36,798 nucleotides of DNA from Eledone cirrhosa (lineage: Eukaryota): contig CAXHJY010000216.1 in assembly GCA_964016885.1 (NCBI GenBank), positions 1 to 36,798 on the forward strand, in the 5' to 3' direction. The translations under genes were made by a program, and so were the position numbers. Within the stretch, counting starts at the first letter, position 1. Every line of letters begins with the position of its first letter. Under the pieces are notes generated by a model. The model was given only the letters and a program-made list of their open reading frames with translations. It was not told the origin of the DNA and ran no database searches. Below are positions 1 through 11,641 of the stretch, one piece after another.

Positions 1-97
1 CAGTAGTCTTCACTGCCTCCCTACCTTTAACTGTTTTATTTAGCCTGATGATGATGAATAAATAAATTAATAACAAAAAAAATAAAAGTAAACTTAC

Positions 98-166
98 TAT
101 GTGCTGTTGGGCATAACTTAATAACAGATCACCCTTCTGTTTCTGAACTTTTTTCAAAATAGAGTC
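98..166 (-). CDS. RBM26: RBM26/27 exon 15 ([23 protein letters not shown]), start of coiled coil
   Basis: GCAG| acceptor and |GTAAGT donor, 69 nt. Only phase 0 is open. Aligns loosely with the family segment DVRKRKQEILEKHIETQK. Confidence 0.8.
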
Positions 167-2025
167 CTGCAAAAGGTGAAAACAAAAGACAAATATATCT
201 GTATTCAAATAGGAAAAAAAAAAAGATTTAAAAATGTTTATCGTATTTAAATTTAAATCAAAAGACTAGAAACAGAAATGTTGGAGTTTTGCTACCAATA
301 AAGAGTTGAAATAGAATTGTTGAGTGGCTGACTTTGATTTAACTCAGCAGAGTTCATCACCATAACTTTACAGAGTGTATTTGGGCAGGGTTTCTATGGC
401 TAGATACCCTTCCTAACACAACCCCTTTACAGAATGTACTGGAGGCATCTTATCATGGCACCATCATTACTACTTTACAGAGTGCATTTTATTGTGACAC
501 CAACACTACTACTGTACAGAGTGCACTGGGTGCATTGTATCATGCCACCAACCCTATCACTTTAAAGTGTACGAGGTACATTTTATCATGGCACCAACAC
601 TCCTACTTTACAAAGTGTACTGGGTGCATTTTATCATGGCACCAACACTTCCTACTTCACAGCATGTACTGAGTTCATTTTATAATGGCATCAACACTAT
701 AACTTTACAGAATGTATTGGGTGCATTTTATTGTGGCACAAACACTATAGCAATCATTGAGTCATCAGAGTTACAACAGACAATAACATCACCTAACTAT
801 TAACTATTAGACAACTTTTCCTGTTGTTTTGCCAAATTCAAAAACTGAAATACCAACACAAATTTTCTGTCATTATAACATCATCATTGTCATCAATTTT
901 ACATCTGTGTTTCCATGCTGGCAAGAGGTAGACAAGGCATTCATTCTTTTGAGATAGTGTTGGATGTGCCGCTTGACATTAACTTGTGTTGTATTTTTTA
1001 ATGTAAAGTATTGATCTTTACAGAGCCGACATATTGACAGAATTGTTAGAATGTCAGATAGAATGCTATGCAGAATTTGTTCCAGCTTTCTGCAGAGTTT
1101 AAATGCCACTATGGTCAACCTTGCCTTTCATACCTTTAAAGTCAATAAAAAAAGTATCAGTTCACTACTGGAGTAGATTCTTCTATATCTCTTTCTTACT
1201 TGCTCTCTATTACTCTCCTCCCCTGGAAGAAATTGGCTCTGTTTAGATCTGGAGAGGAGATGGGCGCCACCAGGTTTAACCCTTTAGCATTTACATTATT
1301 CTATATTTACTATTGTATATTCATGGTAAAGGCTTTATCTCACACAATCTTGAGTCTACGGGATTTTGATGATGTTATTGTTTATCTTAAGAACATCTTA
1401 ACGCCTGTGTGAGCTGCTGGTTATAGCCGGTTTCAAAAAGGGGAAAGAATTCTGGCCAGATACAACAGGTTTAAATGCTAAAGGGTTAAAACTCCTAAAG
1501 CATGCCATGTGTCACTATGACATCCCCTAAGACTCAATCAGAAGTTACATGTTCATACATACATACATTGATTGTTGCATATTTCACTTCTGGCAATATC
1601 AAATGTGAAGCAAAAATGTACACATACACATACAGTTGTATCAAGGTTGAACCAGTGAGTTTTGCCAATGTGTTTACAGGGTCTTCAGATAGTCATGTCT
1701 GTGTGATGACCCTGTGAACAGACACACCTGAGTACCACAACACTGACTAGACATTAATAATAATATCTCTACTATGGTATTGAGTACTCATTCTCACGAC
1801 CATCAATACTAAATATATATATATATATCATGTTTAATATAGAAATGTCTTCTACAGGACTAGAACTGTTTTATTCAAAAGAAATCACCAGGACAGCCAG
1901 AATGATTTCTTTTGAATGAAAGTTCTAGTCCTTGTAGAAGCCATTTCTAGATGATGTTTACACTCTACTAATGAATTGAGTACCTTATTTTACTGTGGTT
2001 ACCCTTGATTGAATCCAGGACTCAC

Positions 2026-2087
<62 letters not shown>

Positions 2088-5000
2088 TGGAAGATAGATA
2101 TTAAACGATAATGATATATATACATGCATACACACACATTGGAGATGATAACGGAATGAGACAAGTTGAGAGATGCTGAACTCAAGGTCTCTTCTAACTC
2201 ATGGTAAAACACATGTAAAAATGATGATGGTGATGATAACAATAGACCTTTTTATAGTTTCTGTCTACCAATTTCACTCACAAGGCATTGGTCTGCCCAA
2301 GGCTATAGTGTAATACACTTGCCAAGATGCCACAAAGTTGGAATAGAACCTGAAAACATACATACTAAGCAAACTTCTTAACCACACAGCATGCCTATTA
2401 AACTCCAAGAACATTATTTTTTGCCAAGTCTATTTAACCCTTTCAATTCCAAACCGCCTGCAACCAGCCCTGGCTTTGATACAAAGCTCTTTGTTTTAAG
2501 GTGTTTATATTTATCTAAAAACCTTCCATCATAATTTTATGTAAGAACCTTTGTTAAGATAATGTTCCAACACCAGATTACTAATGAGAAATTTTGTTAT
2601 ATTATTAAATACCTCCAAATTCTCTATTTTCAAAATTATTTGAAAACCATAGGCAGTATTTTTCATTAGAAATATGGTAATGAAAGGGTTAAATGAATTA
2701 CTGACTCACTTAAACCAACAAAAAATAAACCTTACCATTTTGGGGTACCCCAGCCTTTTTCAGTGTAGCTGGCTCTGCCGTCTTGCTAGCAGGGAGTTCT
2801 GTAGAGTTTACCTTTGACAGGACAGAAGACGAACTAGTAGTTGTCGAAGATGTGACAGAGGTGGTTTTTGTTTTAATAGCTGCAGGGTTGAATACTGTTT
2901 TAGTTAAGTGGCCCACCGAAGACGTGTAGACAACTGTCTGTAAACGGTTGGAAGGAAACATTGATAAATAGGTGACACAATGCAAGTGGAAACTCACCAC
3001 ATCAGGCATCTTATAAATCACATATAAACATTTAAGTGATTGTCGCTTGTTTTAACAATGTTGATTAACCCGGAGTTAATTTGATTGAGCACATTCTAGA
3101 AGATTCTAAATAATGATTAGGAAAAAGTCAGACTATAAAATTCAATATATGGACTATTAAGCTTTTATATATATAATGACTCATAAGTCATATATATAAA
3201 GACTAATAAGTTTTTATATATAAGGACTAGTCAGGTATAAATAGGGACTAATAAGTCGTTATATATTAGGATTAATAAGTCATTATAGTGAATTAGTTAT
3301 TTCTATTGCTGTTTTACATCCATTTTTTTTCATGCATTCAAAACTGATTCTAGAGGACATCAATATACACAGTCAACCTAGTAAAGATGGAAATAATAGG
3401 GGGCTTCAGAGAGCCACATTATTCCCCCAGAATGACACTCACACTAAAGAAAGAAAAAAAAACAATTATTTAAAAAAAAAATAGAATTTACCTTTTCTCC
3501 AGCTTCAGTTTTCTTTGGTCCTGTATTATCAAGACTCAGCAAATTAGGGGCTGGAATACCCAACCTTGCTTTTACTGGCATCCGGTGATCTGGAACTGTG
3601 TTTACAGCAGTGGAAGACACTGGGGCTGAAGAATCAGCCTGAAAAATAGAATTGGTAGAATAATTAAATGCCAGTACAGTAGTAAGCAAATAATAGATAT
3701 GTTCTAGTCAACCAGTGCCATCAATAATGATGGTAATAGTGTTCAATATATTTAATTTTTTAGTCCAGGATCGGTATACCATATATACTGTGATTACAGG
3801 ACATATGAATAAGTGTGCTCTAGGTGCATCTTATCATGGCACCAGCACTTTAAAGAATGTACTGGGAGCATTTTATCATCATACCAGCCCTACTACTTTA
3901 TAGAGTACATTTTATGATGACACCATTACAGTATACTGAATACATTTTATCATGGCACCAACAATAGAGAGGTTTCTATGACAGGAGTATCAGTGATTTA
4001 TTCCAATTATTGCTCTTCAAAGTGAACTTTATGAACTGGGGTGTGAGGAGTTCACATATCTTCCTTCATGTGTATATAACATCATTATCGTCCATTTGTC
4101 CATGCTAGCATGGGTTAGATGAGTTCAATCAGGTGCCCATGTCTTGCTTATATAGAACCATTTCTGGCTTGGTTTCTATTGCTGGATGTCCTTTCTAATG
4201 TCAACCACATATACAGCGTGGACTGGGTGTTTTTTTATCATAGCACCAAAATGACCAACTGATAAATTGGACTGGGTCCTTTTTGTTGTCACCAACATGA
4301 CCACTTTAAAGGATATATATATATTATATATAATATATATATATATACACACACGTGTATTTTTTTATACATCAGAGAGTAACTGACTAAAAGATAACAA
4401 TATGTGTGATATGTGTAAGCATGTGTATGTGAGTGCATACCCATGCATATAAATATCACATTACAAAAATACAAAATGTAAGACCATGTATGTGTTTATG
4501 TTAGGAACCATTCGGGGGAGGGGGAGAGGGGGGGGTTAAAAACCTTTAAAAAGAACATCCTACGTACAGATTTTTGCTCAGGTGCTTTCTCCCGGTGCCA
4601 AAATACTTTAATAAATCTGTTATTAAAGACAGGTTCACTACTTCGATAAGCCACATTGGCCTGAGTGTGATTGGCAAATGTTATCAAAGCTGCTTCCTGA
4701 TCGTTCTCAAATGATACCTAAAGAAACAATTGAATTCAAGAAGAAAAATGTAAATACTAAATAAAATTAATTACAACACACAAATATCAAAAAAAATCAA
4801 CTTTTTTCTGTACCTACAAAGAGAAGTCTCTCTACATATATATATGCACTCAAACATGAACACACACACACACACACCAAATAGGAATCACACAGGCAAA
4901 CTCATGCGCAAACAGAGACAAGAATAAATAAATAAATAAATAAAATAAAAATGACGTAGGCATTACAATACAACGGGAGGAAACATAATAGTACCACTGA

Positions 5001-5592
5001 TGATGGCACAGATGTGTGACGAAAGAACATTGATAGACTTTATATATATATTTATATCTGTATTTTTAACCATTGGTCAATCAATGATAAACATTGATTG
5101 CCAGATAAATTAACTATGGAGATATAAAAGATACAGAAGCAAAAACCAACCTAAACCAAACAGTGTGTTCTGTTATTATTTCTGGCAATATTATAACAAT
5201 ATTATATGAGTGTTTGAATTTCTTTTTACTTAAAAAAAAGGGTGTCTCACAAAGGCTTTTTTTTTTATAAACGTAATTTGATTGGTTATAAATGAAATTA
5301 TGGCTGTCATGTGAACAAGTTTTCATTAAATTTTTGCGCCCTTATTTGGAAATCCATTCTGTAGCCTTTTTAGAGAATTTTATAAGTAAAAGATAATGGT
5401 CAAGAGAAATAGGATGGGAGAATTGTTCTGGTTCAGTGAATATGGTTAGTTCGCTGGGGTGTCAGAATTCAGATTTTCTATTGAATAAAGAAAGTAAAGA
5501 TATGTATGTTTATTTGTGTGCTTGTGTGTGTGTTTGAATTTCTTTTTACTTTAAAAAAAGGGGCTCACGAAGGCTTTTTTTAATAAACGTAA

Positions 5593-5623
<31 letters not shown>

Positions 5624-6049
5624 GTTCCTCATTCCTAGAGCAGCCGCGAAGAGTGAAAAACCGCGAATATTGGATGTAGTCCATAAAAAACTCCTATAAA
5701 CATCAAAACATAACGTAAAATATAGGCTGGCAAATATGGTATATTACTATTAATGATTTAGCGTTAAAAAGCATGAAAAAATATATATTGCCATGAAAAA
5801 AGCCATTAAAAAACCAGGACCGCAAATGCCGAGGGTACGCTGTCTGTGGGTATGTGTGTGTGTGTGTATATATATATATGTATATTGTTATATTTGGGGA
5901 GGGTCATATTTAACGCTAAATCATTAATAGTAATATACCATATTTGCCAGCCTATATTTTACGTTATGTTTTGATGTTTATAGGAGTTTTTATGGACTAC
6001 ATCCAATATTCGCGGTTTTTCACTCTTCGCGGCTGCTCTAGGAATGAGG

Positions 6050-6099
<50 letters not shown>

Positions 6100-9000
6100 T
6101 TACGTTTATTAAAAAAAGCCTTCGTGAGCCCCTTATTTTTAAGTAAAAAGAAATTCAAACACACACACACACACAAGCACACAAATAAACATACATATCT
6201 TTACTTTCTTTATTCAATAGAAAATCTGAATTCTGACACCCCAGCGAACTAACCATATTCACTGAACCAGAACAATTCTCCCATCCTATTTCTCTTGACC
6301 ATTATCTTTTACTTATAAAATTCTCTAAAAAGGCTACAGAATGGATTTCCAAATAAGGGCGCAAAAATTTAATGAAAACTTGTTCACATGACAGCCATAA
6401 TTTCATTTATAACCAATCAAATTACGTTTATAAAAAAAAAGCCTTCGTGAGACACCCTTTTTTTTAAGTAAAAAGAAATTCAAACACTCATATATGAAAA
6501 AACAACCTGTGCCCCCATTATACAAGTTATGTATAATGAAACAGTCAGTAAGGTTAGAATTAACAACGAATATAGTGAAGAGTTTAGCGTAAAAGTTGGT
6601 GTTCATCAGGGCTCCGTTCTTAGCCCCCTACTATTTATTATTGCCCTTCAGGCTATAACAGTGGAGTTCAAGACCGGCTGCCCATAGGAACTCCTACACG
6701 CAGTTGATCTAACGCTCATAGCTGAATCAAGAAATTCAAAACATGGAAGCATGGCCTAGAATCAAAAGGCCTTAAAATTAACCTGTCTAAGACTAAAGTT
6801 CTAGTTTGTAGGAAGGAAAATAGGGCACCGGTCCCATCCGGGAAATGGCCATGCTCAGTGTGTAGGAAAGGAGTAGGTAGAAACTCCATTTTATGTCCCA
6901 AATGCAAAGTATGGGTGCATAAAAGATGTAGTGGGATCACAGGTAAGCTAATTAAGAACATAGATTTTATATATGGCCGGTGCTCTGGTGCAATAAGTAG
7001 CAGCAAGTGCCCACAGAATACTAGCTCATTCCATTGCACAGATGGTTCTATAGAAATAGTGGACACCTTCCGTTACTTGGGTGACAAAATCAGCAGTGGT
7101 GGAGGGTGCTCTGAAAGTACAGTAGCTAGAGTCAGAACTGGATGGAAAAAGTTCAGAGAGCTTATGCCACTATTAGCCGCTAAAGGGTTCTCTCTAAAAA
7201 TGAAAGGCAGGCTGTATGATGCCTGCATACGAACAGCAATGTTGCATGGCAGTGAGACCTGGGCATTGTGTGCAGAGGATATACGCAGACTAGAGAGGAA
7301 CGAAGCTTGCATGCTCCGCTGGATGTGTAATAGTAATATACGTGAACGGCAAAGCATAAACGAACTAAGGGAAAAATTAGAAATAAGAGGGATCAGATGT
7401 TGTTTACTCGAGAGAAGACTACGTTGGTATGGTCACGTGATGCGCATGAAAGACGACAACTGTATAAAAAAGTGCAGGGCAATAAAGATAGATGGTAGCC
7501 ACGGAGTAGGCAGACCCAGAAAAACCTGGGACGACTTGCTAAATTCCGACCTCACACACTTACACCTCTCCAAGACAATGTCACTGGACCGAGATCTTTG
7601 GCGCTACACAGTAATACAGAAGACCCGCCTTACCAAAGTACAAAGTGAAACCTACTACAGTCAGTAGACACCTCTAACAAAATACACCCCCGTCCCACTA
7701 CTCCCACCCCATCCACACCACCCCTTTCAATGTAAAGTTATGTTGGTACCACAACATCCAGTCCGAAACAAATGAGGTCGTGTAGGTGCCACGACAAAAA
7801 AACACAGTCCACGCTGTAATGTGGCCGTGTAGGCAACACGGTAAAAACCTCCCAGCCCCACACTGTAAACGTGATTGGTGTTAGGAAGGGCATCCAGCCG
7901 TAGAAAACCCGCCAGACAGTCCTATGCGAGCAAGACAACCACTCTTGCCTCAAGTGGGAAAACTCCTGTTCAAACCCATGCAAGCGTGGAAGATGGACGT
8001 TAAACGATGATGATGATGAATAGGTGGTTCAGTAGATTCATGGGTTGTTATCAATGAGAAACATGCATTTGGGGCTTTTTTTTTGCAATGTTTTCATCTT
8101 TAGTTTGTTTCATTTAAAACAATTCATTTTAAAACAGAATCTTGCCCTTTTGCAACACACCATATTACATCACATGGCATACAAGTCTAAAAATTGGAAT
8201 ATATTTGAAAAGAAAAACAATTTTAAAAATATTATTTCTGATAATTACCTGAATATTTTTTAAAACACCAAATTTTCCAAAATGCTCATTCAATTTGGCA
8301 ATATTATTCTGATCTCGAGGGATTTTACGTACTTCAAGCGTAGTGTTAAGGTACCTGGGAACCAGTCTTCCGCTGTAGGCACCTATATGTGAAAGGGAAA
8401 AAAATTCTGTACATCCTAAAAATATCTCAAAGCAGGTTTGTTAAAATAAAATGTTTATATTAAACAGGCAAATGTTACAAAAATTTGCAGAATTAGTATA
8501 ATGACTAATTTTTTATGTGATGCAGTCATCATCATCATCATCGTTTAACGTCTATCTTCCACGCCAGCATGGGTTTAGAACATAGTGAGGTTTTGTACTT
8601 TTCAAGAATGTCTTGTTAATGTGGTTTCATGCATGCCCCCATAACACCCAAGGGGGTCGTAGGGGTGCCCTATTGACATACAGCTTTTCTAGGGCATATT
8701 TTAACTTGGCAGAGCCCATCCCTCTCCAGGTCTGAATACAGTAGATTTCTTACAGAGGATAGAGAATGAAAGTGAGAAAGAGATATAGAGGGAAAATCAA
8801 CCTCAGTATTTGACTGGTACTCTTTTATCAACCTTGAATGGATGAAAGGCAAAGTTGACCTTGGCAGGATTTGAACTCAGAGCAGAAAGCCAGAATGAAA
8901 ACCACAAAGCATTTTTTCCAACGTTCTAACGACTCTGCAAATTTGCCACCTGTACAGGTTGTTAAACATTAATAAAATACTACTTGGTTTGTGTTGTCTT

Positions 9001-11609
9001 GTGTATATATCTCAGACAAATTTAGTAACATCCAATGTGTGTACATCTGCATATAATTTACATACACTCATTGCTGAAAAATATAAATCTACTTTCGCTA
9101 TATTCTATAATAAATATTGGATTATTCTTTTGTGGTCTACAATGATAATAAAAACAGAACACAATATTTATCATCATCATATCTGCTTTCCATGTGGGCA
9201 TGGATTACCCTAGATGGGTCAGTGAACAAGATCATGCTAATATGTTCCAAATTTTGATGTGGTTTCTACAGTTGGATACATTTTATCATGGCATACATAC
9301 ATACACACACACACACTGATGAAAGGCAAAGCTAACCTCGGTGGGATTTGAACTCAAAACGTAAAAGACCATACAATAATAATAATATCAAAAGAAATAT
9401 AGTTAACCTGGGGGGTTTGGTTGGGCAGTCTTATTTTGCTGATAATGATGCACTTGTGATGGTGGATGGTGCTTGTGAGCATTATTGGAAGACATGAAGT
9501 CTCGTTTAGGTGGGATCACAGTTCGATTTGTCTCCGGAACTGATATATTACAAGACTTGCTTTCTATATCTAGAAAAAAAGAAAGAAAAGATGAGAAGAT
9601 TAAGTCATTAAACAGATTTTATGTCAGCCTTTACATACACACAAACATTTATTCAGTTAACTGTTTTATTTCCATAACTCTTGAAATGTCCTGCAGTCAA
9701 AGCATCTAAATTTTCCTATCAACCATAATAATACACCACATGTGTTTGTATATCTATATATATCCTCTGTCTGTAACTCTTTAAATTTTACACAAACACA
9801 ATGTATTTACTATCTGTCATATTGCTACAATAAGGTTACAATCTAATCACATGGTCATGGGTTTTAATTGTACATTTGACCCTGTAAATAGTTATTTCAC
9901 CAAAGTTACTCACACATTTAATTTTGTATATCATTTGTACATGTATGCTAGACATTTATGTTATTATATCTTAGAAATAAATTATTCAAATATTACTTCT
10001 TATCTTTAATCACTTCCACATGTCAGTAATCAACATAAACTATAGGGTTTCTCTCATGCAAATCATTAATTTATCAAAACGCAAATTTCCCAGTTTGTAT
10101 GATTATTCTTATATCTGGTAATCCTGGACTCCAAAAAATCAAAAATATCGAAAACTATTGCCATCATTACTGATGCCACGGCCTGCATTTGATCTGCCAG
10201 ATTTGGAGGGTATATTGCGAGTTGGTTTAGCAAGAGTCAGGAGTACAGGTTGGCATTTGGTTTGTGGTATTTGCTCAGTATTATGTGGACTGATTGGAGC
10301 AATAACGGCCTTATTTATGTGTGTGTGTATTTATATATGTATATCTATATATCTAAAACAAGAGAATGTCTGTCTGTCTGACTCCCTAAAACTCGAGAAC
10401 CACCCAACCGATTGTTTTTAAACTGTACTAATGGTCGTGTGAGTGTTTTGAGCCAAAAATATTTCAAATTTTCAATGCCCTATGGACCACATTAGGCGCC
10501 GGTAACGATCTCTCTGTCTTTCTTAGTCTGTCTTTTTAGATAGATACATAGCTATAATGTTGCGCCCTTATAATATCTGTCTGTATGTCTGCATTACATT
10601 ATGACGCTATCTCTGTGTGTGTGTATATATATATATATATATAGTGTGTATATATATATATATAGTGTGTAAGGTTTTTCGAAATATTTACTTCTGCGTT
10701 CGCAGATTGATTTTTTTTTAGTTTCAGAAGTTCCTGTTAAGGGTGACAGCATAAGGTCGTGTAGGTGTCACGACAAAAAAACACACAGTCCACGCTGTAA
10801 TGTGGCCGTGTAGGTAACATGGTAAAAACCTCCCAGTACACACTGTAAACGTGGTTTGTGTTGGGAAGGGCACCCAGCCGTAGAAAACCCACCAGACGTG
10901 TAGGTGTCACGACAATAAAACACAGTCCATGCTGTAATGTGGCCGTGTAGGTAACACGGTAAAAACCTCCCAGTCCACACTGTAAAGGTGGTTGGTGTTA
11001 GGAAGGGCATCCAGCCATAGAAAACTCGCCAGACAGTCCTGAGCAAGACAACCAATCTTGCCTCAAGTGGGACAATTCCCGTCCAGACCCATGCTAGCGT
11101 GGAAAATGGACGTTAAACGATGATGATGATGATATATATATATCATCATTTCATTTTACGTTCGCTTTTCCCTGCTTGCAAGGGTGGGACGGGAACTGAT
11201 TCTGGCTTGATTTCTACTGCTGGATGCCCTTCCTAACACCAACCTCATTTACAGTGAGTGCTGGGTGCTTTTTTACCGTGGCACCTCCACGACCACTTTA
11301 CAGTGTGGGCTGGGTGCTTTTTCCCCGTGGCACCTCCACGACCACTTTGCAGTGGAATGATAGGGACCCCAGTCCTATCATCTCATTTCTACAGCTGAGT
11401 AAACTGGAGCAATGTGAAATAAAGTGTCTTTCTCAAGGAAACAACACATCACCCTTGAGCAAGACAATATATATATATATATATATTAAAATAACAGATT
11501 AAAGTTTAAGCAAAGAATCACTGCTTTCACCCTTAACCAGATCTTCTGAAACTAAAAAAAAAAAATCAATCTGAACGCAGAAGTAAATATTTCGAAAAAT
11601 GTTACACAC

Positions 11610-11641
<32 letters not shown>

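Noticed and set aside
1-44. Next RBM26 exon after CATCAG| at 44
   Set aside because: The required phase 0 reads GCT AAA TAA (stop), so the next exon is probably outside the window.
6858-7667. 269-aa ORF as a domesticated host gene
   Set aside because: It has no ATG start (GTG), the upstream RT has a stop, a frameshift and a lost catalytic Asp, and one zinc ligand is mutated. It is a decaying LINE.
10121-10310. GC-richer segment as an extra exon or plus-strand ORF 10158-10421
   Set aside because: There is no polypyrimidine tract or good donor. 10121-10179 is an inverted diverged copy of 3715-3771, so it is a repeat fragment.
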